A stretch of 64,000 bases of DNA from Malacoraja senta (lineage: Eukaryota): the NCBI GenBank assembly GCA_038087875.1, contig JAXLNO010004626.1:1-64000 (forward strand), in the 5' to 3' direction. Shown here in pieces: positions 24,262 through 36,117 of this stretch. The translations under genes and the position numbers were made by a program. Positions within the stretch are counted from its first letter, which is position 1. The number at the start of each line of letters is the position of its first letter. Below the pieces are notes generated by a model. It did no database searches. It was not told the origin of the DNA and saw nothing but the letters and a program-made list of their open reading frames with translations.

Positions 24262-24785
24262 TTGGGATGTTCTGCTACAGTTGTACAAGATGTTGGTGAG
24301 GCCACATTTGGAGTATTGTGTTAAGTTTTGGTCACTCCACTATCGGAAGGATGTCATTAACAGGGCCTGCGATTCAGGGAGAGGATGACAATGCTTGGAC
24401 TTTAGTCCTTGGCACGCAAGAGGCTGAGGGGTGATCTTATAGAAGTTTATAAAATCAAGGAGCATAGATAGATTGATTGCACAGAATCTTTTAACCAGCC
24501 TTATGTAATCAAGAACCAGAGGACTTAGGTTTAAGGTGAGAAGGAAACGAGTTACTCGGAACCAGAGGAAGTGGAAATATGGAAGAACATTCCAGGGGAA
24601 GGAGTTGAGGCAGGTATTAAAAAACATTTAGAACACACTTGGACAGGTACATACTGTAGATAGGAAAGGTTCAGTGAGATATGGGTCAATTGCAGGAAAA
24701 TTGTAGTTTAAACATGGCATCTTGGTTGGCATGGCCAAGTTGAGGCAAAGGGCCCATTTCCATGCCGTATGACTCTATGGCTCCG
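24262..24785 (+). mobile_element. Old diverged CR1 3' fragment
   Basis: gtgaggccacatttggagtattgtg and gctgaggggtgatcttatagaagtttataaaatc remnants. Confidence 0.75.
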
Positions 24786-25327
24786 TGGGCTTGAAAAGCC
24801 AATTCTTTTCCGTTTCACTGCTAAATGATAGTTAATCACCCTCACTAATAGTGACCACGATGGCAGACCCATGACCATGACTGGTTTACAGTGATAATAA
24901 GCTAACCATTGCCTCAGTTCAAATATGCATGTCGTTGATGTTCAATGACTAAATTGTTGCTGCATTCTTAGTTTTGGCAAGGTTCTGATCTGGGTGCTGG
25001 AGATGTTAGACATCTTGATACCATGAAAGCAGAATCTCAATTTCAGGAAATATACTTGCTGAATGGTGTCTCAGACCAGCAATGCCTGGGAACATTGTAT
25101 TTTGAAGAGGAAATTATACACAACCAAGGCCAAGTGCTCGAGAAAGCTGCACGTCTGTTATTTCAATGAAAACTCTGCTCTTCATCCATCCTGTCATTTT
25201 GATCACCCAGTTTAGTTTATAACATTGTATAACATTTGCAATCAATTCTCACAGTTTATGACATTTACAGCTGGCGTGAAGATGCATCAGTCAATATCTC
25301 CTGTCTTCCAATTTAGTTTATTTAATA

Positions 25328-25503
25328 GAAAGATAGAAACATAAAAAAATAGGTGCAGGAATAGGCTATTCGGCCCTTTGAGCCAGCACCGCCATTCAAT
25401 ACAATCATGGCTGATCATCCAAAATTAATACTCCGATCTGGCTTTTTCCCCATATCCCTTGACTCCCTTAGCCCTAAGAGCTAAATCTAACTCTCTCTTG
25501 AAA
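25328..25503 (-). mobile_element. Short CR1 3'UTR fragment
   Basis: gatagaaacata tail plus ggtgcaggaataggctattcggccc. Confidence 0.8.
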
Positions 25504-25504
25504 A

Positions 25505-25800
25505 CAGTGATACAGTGTGTAAACAGGCCATTTGTGCCACCAAATCCATACTAACCAGCAATCACCCATTCATAATAGATTTCCCATCCACCCCTACACC
25601 ATCAGGGTGACTTACCGAGGATGATTACCTGCACACCTGCTCATCTTTGGGATATGGGAGGAAACCGGAGCTCCCTGAGGAAGCCCACATAGTCACAAGG
25701 AGAACGTGCAAACTCCACGTAGACAGTACCCGAGGTCCAGATTGAACCTGGGTCTCTGGCGTTGTGAGGCAGCAGTTCTACCAGCTGCACTACCATGCTG
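25505..25800 (-). mobile_element. HE1/V-SINE-type tRNA-derived SINE
   Basis: tRNA-like head with B-box (reverse complement of ttgaacctggg) and V-domain (ggaggaaaccggag, gagaacgtgcaaactccac). Confidence 0.85.
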
Positions 25801-26280
25801 CATTACGTACAAACTCTAAATCCTACACTGACTTTCCCTTCCACTTGTTATATTCAACACAATAACTCCTTTACACAGGAGGAAAGTGAACTGCAATTCA
25901 TCACCAGAATATATCTTACAACAGTGTGATCACAGGCAAGAAACCAGTGATATAAATTACACTAAAACCCTGATCATCCAGCTCTCTTGGGATTTGGGAA
26001 ATGGTAGATTTTAAGGACTGCTGCATGTTACTCCAAACATACTTTAAGTCAACTAATTTAAGCACTTGTTGAGCAAGTCAGTGGTTGAGGTGCATCTGTA
26101 CACTACTGTCAGACTTAAGCGGAAGAATACCCATTGTAATTTGCCTGGAGAGTCTCGAACCAGATTGTCACCTATCCATGGTCTCCAGGGATGTTGCCTG
26201 ACCTGCTGAGTTACTATAGCACTGTCCCTCACAGTCTTTCCCAATCTTATAAATCAAAAATAGTCAACTTCTTTCTACAT

Positions 26281-26510
26281 CATATAGAGTCATGGAAATA
26301 TGCAGCATACACACATTCTCATCAGCTCTCCCCACATTGTATCATGCACAATCTAGGGGACAACTAACCTACCAAACAATGTTTTGGGGATGTGGGAGGA
26401 AACCAGAGCACCTGGGGAAACCCACATGGTCACAGGAACAACATGCAAACTCTACAGATACAACAGCCGATGTCGGTATTTAATTCAGGTCTCTGTCTCT
26501 GTGCTGTCCT
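26281..26510 (-). mobile_element. Diverged HE1/V-SINE-type SINE
   Basis: gtgggaggaaaccagagcacctggggaaacccac V-domain. Confidence 0.75.
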
Positions 26511-26634
26511 GTTTCACATTGTAGTCCACCTGTCATGTTGTTGCTCATTCATTCGGCTTTCCACCTTGAACCATTTCTCCCACTACTCACATTCCCACTT
26601 AATTTGGAGTTTTCCAGCAACAGCGGCCTTGGTG

Positions 26635-26942
26635 GCAGCTACTGTGTGCAGCGGTAGAGTTGCTGCCTTACAGTGCTTGCAGCACCGGAGACCCGGGTTC
26701 GATCCCGACTACTGATGCTGTCTGTACAGAGTTTGTACGTTCTCCCCGTGACCGCGTGGGTTTTCTCCGAGATCTAAGGTTTCCTCCCACACTCCAAAGA
26801 CGTACAGGTATGTAGGTTAATTGGCTTGGTGTGCGTGTATAGGATAGTGTTAATGTGCGGGGATCGCTGGTCAGCGCAGACTCGTTGGGCCGAAGGACCT
26901 GTTTCGTCACTGTATCTCTAAATTAAACTAAAACAAAACTAG
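26635..26942 (+). mobile_element. HE1/V-SINE-type SINE
   Basis: B-box GGGTTCGATCCC at ~26695; V-domain; tail ctaaattaaactaaaac. Confidence 0.88.
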
Positions 26943-27009
26943 TAAACGTTAAACTGCAACCAATCTGCCTCATAGCTGACTTGGATTATGAGCAGTGGGA
27001 GCCCCCAAC

Positions 27010-27325
27010 AGAGCAGCACAGTGTCACAACTCGTAGAGCTGCTGCCTCACAGCGACACAGACCCGGGTTCAATTTTGACCTTGAGTGCCATCTATGTGGA
27101 GTTTGCACGTTCTCCGTGTAACCGCATTGGATCCTTCCAGGGGCTCCGGTTTCCTCACACATCCTAAGATGTGTCAGTTTATAGTTTAATTGGCCACTGT
27201 AAATTGCCCCTAGTGGGTGGGTGACTGGATGAGAAGGTGCAATGAGATAGAATTCATGAGAATACGTGGTTGGTGGTTGGCATGGACACGGTGGGCCGAA
27301 AGGACTGCTTGCATGCTGTACTTTT
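27010..27325 (+). mobile_element. HE1/V-SINE-type SINE
   Basis: gacccgggttcaatt head; gtggagtttgcacgttctcc V-domain; gtgggccgaaaggactg 3' part. Confidence 0.85.
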
Positions 27326-27575
27326 TAATGACTCATTGATATTTCTAGGATTTGGGGCAGTGAATCCATAATGTATAACATTTTTTTACACTGAATTCAC
27401 AATTTTTAAATATCTGATTATCAGAAACATTTAACAACAGCACAAAGGCTAGTTGACAGTGGTGACTGTCGAGGCATTTCATGTGTAGCTGCTGCCTTAT
27501 CCTACTTGAGATTGATCATTTCTTCAAGCCCAATACCTTTACTAGCAACAGTGCATCACAATTTTTCCATCTTAC

Positions 27576-27683
27576 CTCTCCTCTTTTTTCTCCACCAAAC
27601 AATTACTGCCAAGACAATAGCCAGCAATATCAGCACACACACGGCAATAAGGCCTATGTGCCTGTCTTTCTTCCTATATCCTT
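27576..27683 (-). CDS. Transmembrane exon of an MHC class I-like gene: (E)GYRKKDRHIGLIAVCVLILLAIVLAVIVWWRKKRR
   Basis: Acceptor attcttatttttcag at 27684, donor GAG|GTAAGA at 27575, 108 bp, phase 1-1, hydrophobic span then basic stop-transfer, in frame with exon 30362-30628. Confidence 0.85.
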
Positions 27684-27766
27684 CTGAAAAATAAGAATGC
27701 ATAATTTTACAAATCAATTGTTAAGCTGTGCAGCTAAATAGATTGGCACTGTCTGAAGACTTCAGA

Positions 27767-27860
27767 GTGAAGAAGGGTCTCGACCCGAAATGCAACCTAT
27801 TCCTTTTCTCAAGAGATGTTACCTGACCGCTGAGTTACTCCAGCATTTTGTGTCTATCTT
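27767..27860 (+). mobile_element. Penelope-type short repeat with a degenerate minimal hammerhead ribozyme motif
   Basis: gtgaaga-a-GGGT-ctcg-ACCC-gaaa-tgcaacc followed by gctgagttactccagcattttgtgtctatc. Confidence 0.6.
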
Positions 27861-28266
27861 TGGCACTTTTCAAGGTATATAAGATGATATGGTGTTTTGA
27901 ATCACGGAGTTCTGCAGCATGGCAAAGGGACAATATATGTTCTGTACAACTCTATGATCTATGGCACCATCACAGCCACAACTTAATTCAAGAAAGAAGG
28001 TGAATTAAAAGCAGAAAGCTTTAACCCTATATAAACTAACATTTGTTTTGGGGAAAATGCTGGATTCCTTTCAATAATGGCAGAACATTTAAGTAATAAC
28101 AAAACAATAAAGTGCATTATCAGGGCATTAACAGGAAAATTGTAGAAAGAAAGAGATGCAGATACTGATTTACACAAAAGCTTTAGTTTAGTTTATTGTC
28201 ACATGTATTGAGGTACAGTGAAAAGCTTTTGTTACGTGCTAACAAGTCAGTGGAAAGAATATACAT

Positions 28267-28476
28267 AATAGACACAAAATGCTGGAGTAACTCAGCGGAA
28301 CAGGCAGCATCTCTGGCGAACATGGATTCATCACCTATTCCTTTTCTCCAGAGATGCTGGCTGACCAGCTGAGTTATTCCAGCAATTTGTGTCCATCTTC
28401 GGTGTAAACCAGCATTTGCAGTTTCTTCTTACACATGGACAGGTGACGTTTCGTTTTGGGACCCTTCTTCAAACTT
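28267..28476. mobile_element. Two nested, opposed copies of the same Penelope-type repeat forming an inverted repeat
   Basis: 28267-28318 is complementary to ~28340-28396; minus strand at 28440-28476 reads ttgaagaagggtcccaaaacGAAACGTCacc. Confidence 0.55.
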
Positions 28477-29449
28477 TGTTTGAGAAATTGATTAGAATTC
28501 TTTGAAAATGCAACAGGAACCCGTAGACAATGTATATTCGAGCAGCAGGTGTGCACAGTCTAAAATTCAAAAACAAAATGATGGAAAAGCAGAATAGGTA
28601 ACAAAATTGGAATGAGAAACAAAAGAAATACAATATATTGTAGAGATCCAAACGTCGTGAACAAATCAATGTTTTTTTAAAGAAATACAGTTTTGGCCCA
28701 CTCGCGTTTAGTAAGGACTTGAGCAAAGTTCCTGCCGTTGTAATCGGGCACACCAGTTGACTGGCGACTGATTCATCACCAACTCCCACCAAAACCCTGT
28801 CATGTGATAGTCCCAGCTCCCCTGACGAGAGTTCTAGCAATAAGTGGCCTGACCACCAGATGTCGCCACAATATCTGGATCTTCATAAGATATCAATCTA
28901 GTGATGCAAAGGCTTATGACATTGGGGGTAATAATTAGCATGAATGGAAAAACAATTAAGAGCAAGCAGAGAGTTGTCTTAAAGGAGTGTTCAGGTTGGG
29001 AAACTGCAACTGCAGGTTGGGAATCAATGCAAGAAAGTGAACTACTTATCGTTGGTATTAAGAGCAGATGAAGGGACTGATGGCGCTGTAGCCTAGATTG
29101 CTGATGATACATAGATAGGTTGGAAATTAAGTTCTGGAGTATGTCAACAGTCTTCAGAGTGAAACATCAGATTCCTTAGTTGTGCATTGTTCGAGGGAAT
29201 CTTCAAAAGTGAGCATTTGTGTAGGTTCGTGCAGCATACTTGGAATCAAACTACTACGATCGCTGTTTGTCAGGCAGTTGTATTTGTTGTTGCTGAATCT
29301 GTAACTTGCGTCATGGAACTTATTTCATTAGGTTTTGTTTTATTAATGCCAGATGTTTCAAAATACAGAGCAAATGTTTGTTTTGTATGCTATCCAAACA
29401 AATTATAAAACTATACATAAATACAAACTCAAAAACAATAGATAGAGCA

Positions 29450-30030
29450 AAGAGGAGGATACAGAGTACAGAATATCGTTCTCAGCATTGTAACGCATCA
29501 GTTCCATAGACAATGTGCAATGAGGTTGAGGTGAATCGGGCATTGAACCTACATTATGGAAGGACCCTTCCGAAGCCTGTTAACAGATGGAAAGGGGGTG
29601 TTCCTGAGTCTGGCAGTGTATACTTTCAACTTTCTGTACCTATTGCCTGATGGGAGCAGGAAGGAGGAATGACCGGGGTGGGATAAGTCTCGTTTTCGAA
29701 GGCAACCTGGTGTAGACTGAATCAATAGTGGGAAGTCTGGGCTGTGTGATGATCTTTAACTCTTTGTATATTCTTGCAGTCTTGGGCAGTGCAGTTCCCA
29801 AATCAAGATGTGATGCAACCCAACAACATGCTTTCTCTAGCAGCATCTATAGATGTTTGCTAGAGTCACCAGAGACATGATGAATATTCTCAGTCTCCGG
29901 AGGAAGTAGAGGTGTCGGTGTGCCTCCTTGGCTATGTGGCCAGTCCATGACCGAATATTGGATATATTCATTCCAAGGAACATGAAGCTCTCAATCATTT
30001 CCGCTTCGGACCATTGATTTGGATTGGGGC
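29450..30030 (-). mobile_element. Degenerate LINE 3' fragment, Rex1/Babar-like
   Basis: ORF 29640..29846 has ACCW...LPTIDSVY-like C-terminal remnants; clade call is by recollection. Confidence 0.5.
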
Positions 30031-30361
30031 ATGCACTCCCCCAGTGCCTTGCTGTTAATCACATCATGAGGAAAGATTCATTTTTTATTTAAACATACCT
30101 TTCATGGATTTCAGTTCCACCACTGAGAATCTCAAATACTCCTTCCTTGTATATTAGTTATTTATTTACTTTTGATAAATTTTCTGTTGACAAAGTCTTC
30201 TGCTCATGTGGAGAGTGGGTGCTGATTACGTGATTACTTAGAGCAACACCACTAAACAAAGAAAGTTTAAGCATCTTGGAATATGGGATGTAGTCACAAT
30301 GATTAAAATGGATACAACAGAAGATAATGATTATCTATGAATGAATATTTAATGTTCTTAC

Positions 30362-30628
30362 CCCAGATGATGGTCTTCCCACCGGGCAGGCTGCTGTGAT
30401 CGACATGACAGGAATACTGTTTCCCATCATACAGATCATACCCAAGGACAGACTTTAGATGATATGTTCCATCGTTGTTGGGTATGACCCCAGAAGATTT
30501 GGTCTCAGAGACATGTTGACCATTCTGCAACCAGCTGACATTGATGGCCGGTGGGTAAAATCCAAACACAGTGCAGTACAGGACTGAATGATCATCAGGG
30601 CGGGCAGCGACAGATACCTCAGGGGAAA
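30362..30628 (-). pseudogene. Ig C1-set exon resembling MHC class I alpha3; splice acceptor reads AA instead of AG
   Basis: xSPEVSVAARPDDHSVLYCTVFGFYPPAINVSWLQNG...PNNDGTYHL...YSCHVDHSSL...IIW; 267 bp, phase 1-1; donor TGGG|GTAAGA at 30361; upstream cttactgtcttgtAA. Confidence 0.8.
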
Positions 30629-30832
30629 TTACAAGACAGTAAGATGGTTATTTTCACCTTCAGTAAAACTTGCACAGTCACCCACCACAAAATATTCTTC
30701 AGTCTACTACAACAACCAAGTTACTGTCCACATCTGCCCCATTTTGCCTCTTTCGTCACCATCAACCAACCACGTGCTTTAAAAGGGATCGTACCCTCCC
30801 TGTTAAGACAGTACACAAGAAAGTTTGAAAGT

Positions 30833-32702
30833 ACATAGAAACATAGAAACATAGAAAATAGGTGCAGGAGTAGGCCATTCGGCCCTTCGAGCCTGCACCG
30901 CCATTCAATATGATCATGGCTGATCATCCAACTCAGTATCCCATACCTGCCTTCTCTCCATACCCCCTGATCCCTTTAGCCACAAGGGCCACATCTAACT
31001 CCCTGTTAAATATAGCCAATGAACTGGCCTCAACTACCCTCTGTGGCAGAGAGTTCCAGAGAGTCACCACTCTCTGTGTGAAAAAGTTTTTCCTCATCTC
31101 GGTCTTAAAGGATTTCCCCCTTATCCTTAAGCTTTGACCCCTTGTCCTGGACTTCCCCAACATCGGGAACAATCTTCCTGCATCTAGCCTGTCCAACCCC
31201 ATAAGAATGTTGTACGTTTCTATAAGATCCCCTCTCAATCTCCTAAATTCTAGCGAGTATAAGCCAAGTCTATCCAGTCTTTCTTCATATGAAAGTCCTG
31301 ACATCCCAGGAATCAGTCTGGTGAACCTTCTCTGCACTCCCTCTATGGCTATAATGTCCTTCCTCAGATTTGGAGACCAAAACTGTACGCAATACTCCAG
31401 GTGTGGTCTCACCAAGACCCTGTACAACTGCAGTAGAACCTCCCTGCTCCTATACTCAAATCCTCTTGCTATGAAGGCCAACATACCATTCGCTTTCTTC
31501 ACTGCCTGCTGCACCTGCATGCCTACTTTCAATGACTGGTGTACCATGACACCCAGGTCTCGCTGCATCTCCCCATTTCCTAATCGGCCACCATTTAGAT
31601 AATAGTCTGCCTTCCCGTTTTTGCCACCAAAGTGGATAACCTCACATTTATCCACATTATACTGCATCTGCCAAACATTTGCCCACTCACCCAGCCTATC
31701 CAAGTCACCTTGCAGTCTCCTAGCATCCTCCTCACAGCTAACACTGCCCCCCAGCTTAGTGTCATCCGCAAACTTGGAGATGTTGCTTTCAATTCCCTCG
31801 TCCAGATCATTAATATAAATTGTAAATAGCTGGGGTCCCAGCACTGAGCCTTGCGGTACCCCACTAGTCACTGCCTGCCATTGTGAAAAGGACCCGTTTA
31901 CTCCTACTCTTTGCTTCCTGTTTGCCAGCCAGTTCTCTATCCACATCAATACTGAACCCCCAATACCGTGTGATTTAAGTTTGTATCCTAATCTCTTATG
32001 TGGTACCTTGTCGAAAGCCTTCTGAAAGTCCAGATACAACACATCCACTGGTTCTCCCCTATCCACTCTACTAGTTACATCCTCGAAAAATTCTATAAGA
32101 TTCGTCAGATACGATTTACCTTTCGTAAATCCATGCTGACTTTGTCCAATGATTTCACCACTTTCCAAATGTGCTGCTATCCCATCTTTAATAACTGACT
32201 CTAGCAGTTTCCCCACTACCGATGTTAGACTAACTGGTCAGTAATTCCCCGTTTTCTCTCTCCCTCCCTTCTTAAAAAGTGGGGTTACGTTTGCTACCCT
32301 CCAATCCTCAGGAACTACTCCAGAATCTAAAGAGGTTTGAAAAATTATCACTAATGCATCCACTATTTCTGGAGCTACTTCCTTAAGTACTCTGGGATGC
32401 AGCCTATCTGGCCCTGGTGATTTATCGGCCTTTAATCCATTCAATTTACCCAACACCACTTCCCGACTAACCTGGATTTCACTCAGTTCCTCCATCTCCT
32501 TTGACCCGCGGCCCCCTGCTATTTCCGGCAGATTATTTATGTCTTCCTCAGTGAAGACGGAACCAAAGTAGTTATTCAATTGGTCCGCTATATCCTTGTT
32601 CCCCATGATCAATTCACCTGTTTCTGACTGCAAGGGACCTACATTTGTTTTAACTAATCTCTTTCTCTTCACATATCTATAAAAACTTTTGCAGTCAGTT
32701 TT
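30833..32702 (-). mobile_element. 5'-truncated CR1 with long open RT
   Basis: ORFs 30933..32216 and 32238..32672; (catagaaa)n tail. Confidence 0.95.
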
Positions 32703-33035
32703 TAAATTCAGGAACAGCTTTTGCAGTACGTACCATTAAATTCAGGAACAGCTTCTTCCCTACTGTTATTGGACTACTGAATGGTTCTCATGTAAGATAA
32801 GATGTTGCCCTGATCTTCCAACCAATCTCATTGTGAACCTTGCAACTCTTTTTGATCTGCACTTTCTCTGTAACTGTAATGCTATGATATTGTAACCCGA
32901 TATTCTGCACTCTGAGTAGTTTTCTCTTTGCACTGTTCTACTTGTGGATGGCTTGATTGCACATGTGTAGTATGATCTGATTGGATAACACACAGATAAA
33001 CCTTTGACTATATCTCAGTTCACGTGACAATAATA
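32703..33035 (+). mobile_element. Rex1/Babar-like LINE 3' tail
   Basis: Encodes KFRNSFFPTVIGLLN then a typical 3'UTR ending in aataataaac. Confidence 0.6.
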
Positions 33036-33369
33036 AACTAATACCAACAGCAAATCTTTTCACTAGGGCACATTATTGACAATAATAAATAATTGACAAG
33101 TTACGAAATGAGGGCCAATTGGGGAGGGACAAGCTTAAAATTGGCAGTATTTTCACTCCTCTTCAATAAGAGATAAAAGAGACCAGTCATTTGTTTACAA
33201 AATCTCTTTTTGCAGAGTGTGGTCATTCTCTGGCGCTCTTGACCCCAGAGATTTGTGAAGACAAAATCATTGGAAGTATTTAATATGGCGGTAGTTCAAT
33301 TTTTGAAAGATTGGAGAATTGAGTGCAATGAGGAACTGGCACCGAACAGGAGTTGATGCCTGAGGAACG

Positions 33370-33645
33370 TCTCTGTGCGTCTACCCGATCTATTCCTCTG
33401 GTGATTTTGTACACCTCTATAAGATCGCCCCTCATCCTCCTGCGCTCCAAGGAATAGTCCCAGCCCTGGCCCAACCTCTCCCTGTAGCTCAGGCCCCTCG
33501 AGTCCCGGCAACATACTCGTAAATCTTGTCCACGCCCTTTCAAAGCTCGACGACATCTTTCCTGTAACACGGTGCCCAGAACTGAACGCAATACTCTAAA
33601 TGCAGCCTCTCCAACGTCTTGTACAACTGCAACGTGACCTCCCGA
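33370..33645 (-). mobile_element. CR1 RT fragment of a different subfamily, followed by (GA)n
   Basis: [19 protein letters not shown] and LERRRMRGDLIEVYKI in ORFs 33540..33767 and 33280..33780. Confidence 0.75.
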
Positions 33646-34680
33646 CGAGAGAGAGAGAGAGAGAGAGTGAGAGAGAGAGAGAGAGGGAGAGAGAGCGAGA
33701 GATAGAGAATTAAAAAAAAAAGAGGTGCAGGAGTAGGCCATTCGGCCCTTCGATCCTGCATCGCCATTCAATATGATCATGGCTGATCATCCAACTCAGT
33801 ATCCTGTACCTGCCTTCTCTCCATACCCCCTGATCCCTTTAGCCACAAGGGCCACATCTAAATCCCTGTTAAATATAGCCAATGAACTGGCCTCAACTTC
33901 CTTCTGTGACAGAGAATTCCACAGATTCACCACTCTCTGCTTAAAAAACGATTTTCTCATCTCGGTCCTAAAAGACTTCCCCCTTATCCTTAAACTGTGA
34001 CCCCTTGTTCTGGACTTCCCCAACATCGGGAACAATCTTCCTGCATCTAGCCTGTCCAACCCCTTAAGAATTTTGTAAGTTTCTATAAGATCCCCCCTCA
34101 ATCTTCTAAATTCTAGCGAGTACAAGCCGAGTCTATCCAGTCTTTCTTCATATGAAAGTCCTGCCATCCCAGGAATCAATCTGATAAACCTTCTCTGTAC
34201 TCCCTCTATGGCAAGAATGTCTTTCCTCAGATTAGGAGACCAAAACTGTACGCAATACTCCAGGTGTGGTCTCACCAAGACCCTGTACAACTGCAGTAGA
34301 ACCTCCCTGCTCTTATACTCAAATCCTTTTGCTATGAATGCTAACATACCATTCGCTTTCTTCACTGCCTGCTGCACCTGCATGCCTACTTTCAATGACT
34401 GGTATACCATGACACCCAGGTCTCATTGCATCTCCCCTTTTCCTAATCGGCCACCATTCAGATAATAGTCTACTTTCCTGTTTTTGCCACCAAAGTGGAT
34501 AACCTCACATTTATCCACATTAGACTGCATCTGCCATGCATTTGCCCACTCACCCAACCTATCCAAGTCACCTTGCAGCCTCCTAGCATCCTCCTCACAG
34601 CTAACACTGCCTCGCAGCTTCGTGTCATCTGCAAACTTGGAGATGTTGCATTCAATTCCCTCATCCAGATCATTAATATA

Positions 34681-36117
34681 CAGTGGCTTGCAAAAGTTTT
34701 CATACCCCTTGAACTTTTCCACATTTTGTCACGTTACAACCACAAACGTAAATGTATTTTATTGGGATTGTATGTGATAGACCAACACAAAGTGGTGCAT
34801 AATTGTGAAGTGGAAGGAAAATGATACATGGTTTCAAATTTTTTTACAAATAAAAAACTGAAAAGTGTGGCGTGCAAAAGTATTCAGCCCCCCTGAGTCA
34901 ATACTTTGTAGAACCACCTTTCGCTGCAATTACAGCTGCAAGTCTTTTGGGGTATGTCTCTACCAGCTTTGCACATATAGAGACTGAAATTTTTGCCCAT
35001 TCTTCTTTGCAAAATAGCTCAAGCTCAGTCAGATTTGGATGGAGAGCGTCTGTGAACAGCAATTTTTAAGTCTTGCCAGAGATTCTCAATTGGATTTAGG
35101 TCTGGACTTTGACTGGGCCATTCTAACACATGAATATGCTTCGATCTAAACCATTCCATTGTAGCTCTGGCTGTATGTTTAGGGTCGTTGTCCTGCTGGA
35201 TGGTGAACCTCCGCCCCAGTCTCAAGTCTTTTGCAGACTCTAACAGGTTTTCTTCCAAGATTGCCCTGCATTTGGCTCCATCCATCTTCCCATCAACTCT
35301 GACCAGCTTCCCTGTCCCTGCTGAAGAAAAGCATCCCCACAGCATGATGCTGCCACCACCATGTTTCACAGTGGGGGTGGTGTGTTCAGGGTGATGTGCA
35401 GTGTTAGTTTTCCGCCACACATAGCGTTTTGCATTTAGGCCAAAAACATCAATTTTGGTCTCATCTGACCAGAGCACCTTCCTCCACATGTTTGCTGTGT
35501 CCCCCACATGGCTTGTGGCAAACTGCAAACGGGACTTCTTATGGATTTTTTTCAACAATGGCTTTCTTCTTGCCACTCTTCCATAAAGGCCCGATTTGTG
35601 GAGTGCACGACTAATAGTTGTCCTGTGGAGATTCTCCCACCTGAGCTGTGGATCTCTGCAGCTCCTCCAGAGTTACCAGGGGCCTCTTGGCTGCTTCTCT
35701 GATCAATGCTCTCCTTGCCCGGCCTGTCAGTTTAGGTGGATGGCCATGTCATGGTAGGTTTGCAGTTGTGCCATACTCTTTCCATTTTCGGATGATGGAT
35801 TTATACTGAGATTAGATTACACACAAGTGGACTCTATTTACTAATTAGGTGACTTCTGAAGGCAATTGGTTGCACTGGATTTTATTTAGGCGTATCAGAG
35901 TAAAGGGGGCTGAATACTTTTGCACGCCACATTTTTCAGTTTTTTATTTGTAAAAAAATTTGAAAACTATGTATCATTTTCCTTCCACTTCACAATTATG
36001 CGCCACGTTGTGTTGGTCTACCACATAAAATCCCAATAAAATACATTTACGTTTGTGGTGGTAACGTGACAAAATGTGGAAAAGTTCAAGGGGTATGAAT
36101 ACTTTTGCAAGCCACTG
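34681..36117 (-). mobile_element. Tc1 DNA transposon (IR/DR type), ~210-bp TIRs, TA TSD, transposase lacking its N-terminus
   Basis: TA|CAGTGGCTTGCAAAAGT...ACTTTTGCAAGCCACTG|TA; inner repeats at ~34865-34892 and ~35904-35930; WSDETK, QDNDPKH, SPDLNPIENLW. Confidence 0.95.

Noticed and set aside
26635-27325. tRNA-like A/B-box sequences
   Set aside because: They continue into V-domain and LINE-like tails, so they are SINE heads and not tRNA genes
24800-27500. Cytoplasmic-tail exon(s) and poly(A) site of the class I-like gene
   Set aside because: Several weak acceptors (for example near 27500) but none with clear support
28800-28860. CTGACGAG and CTAGCAA motifs as a hammerhead core or MHC X-box
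   Set aside because: No downstream GAAA or helix II; no Y-box spacing; lies inside the alpha3-TM intron
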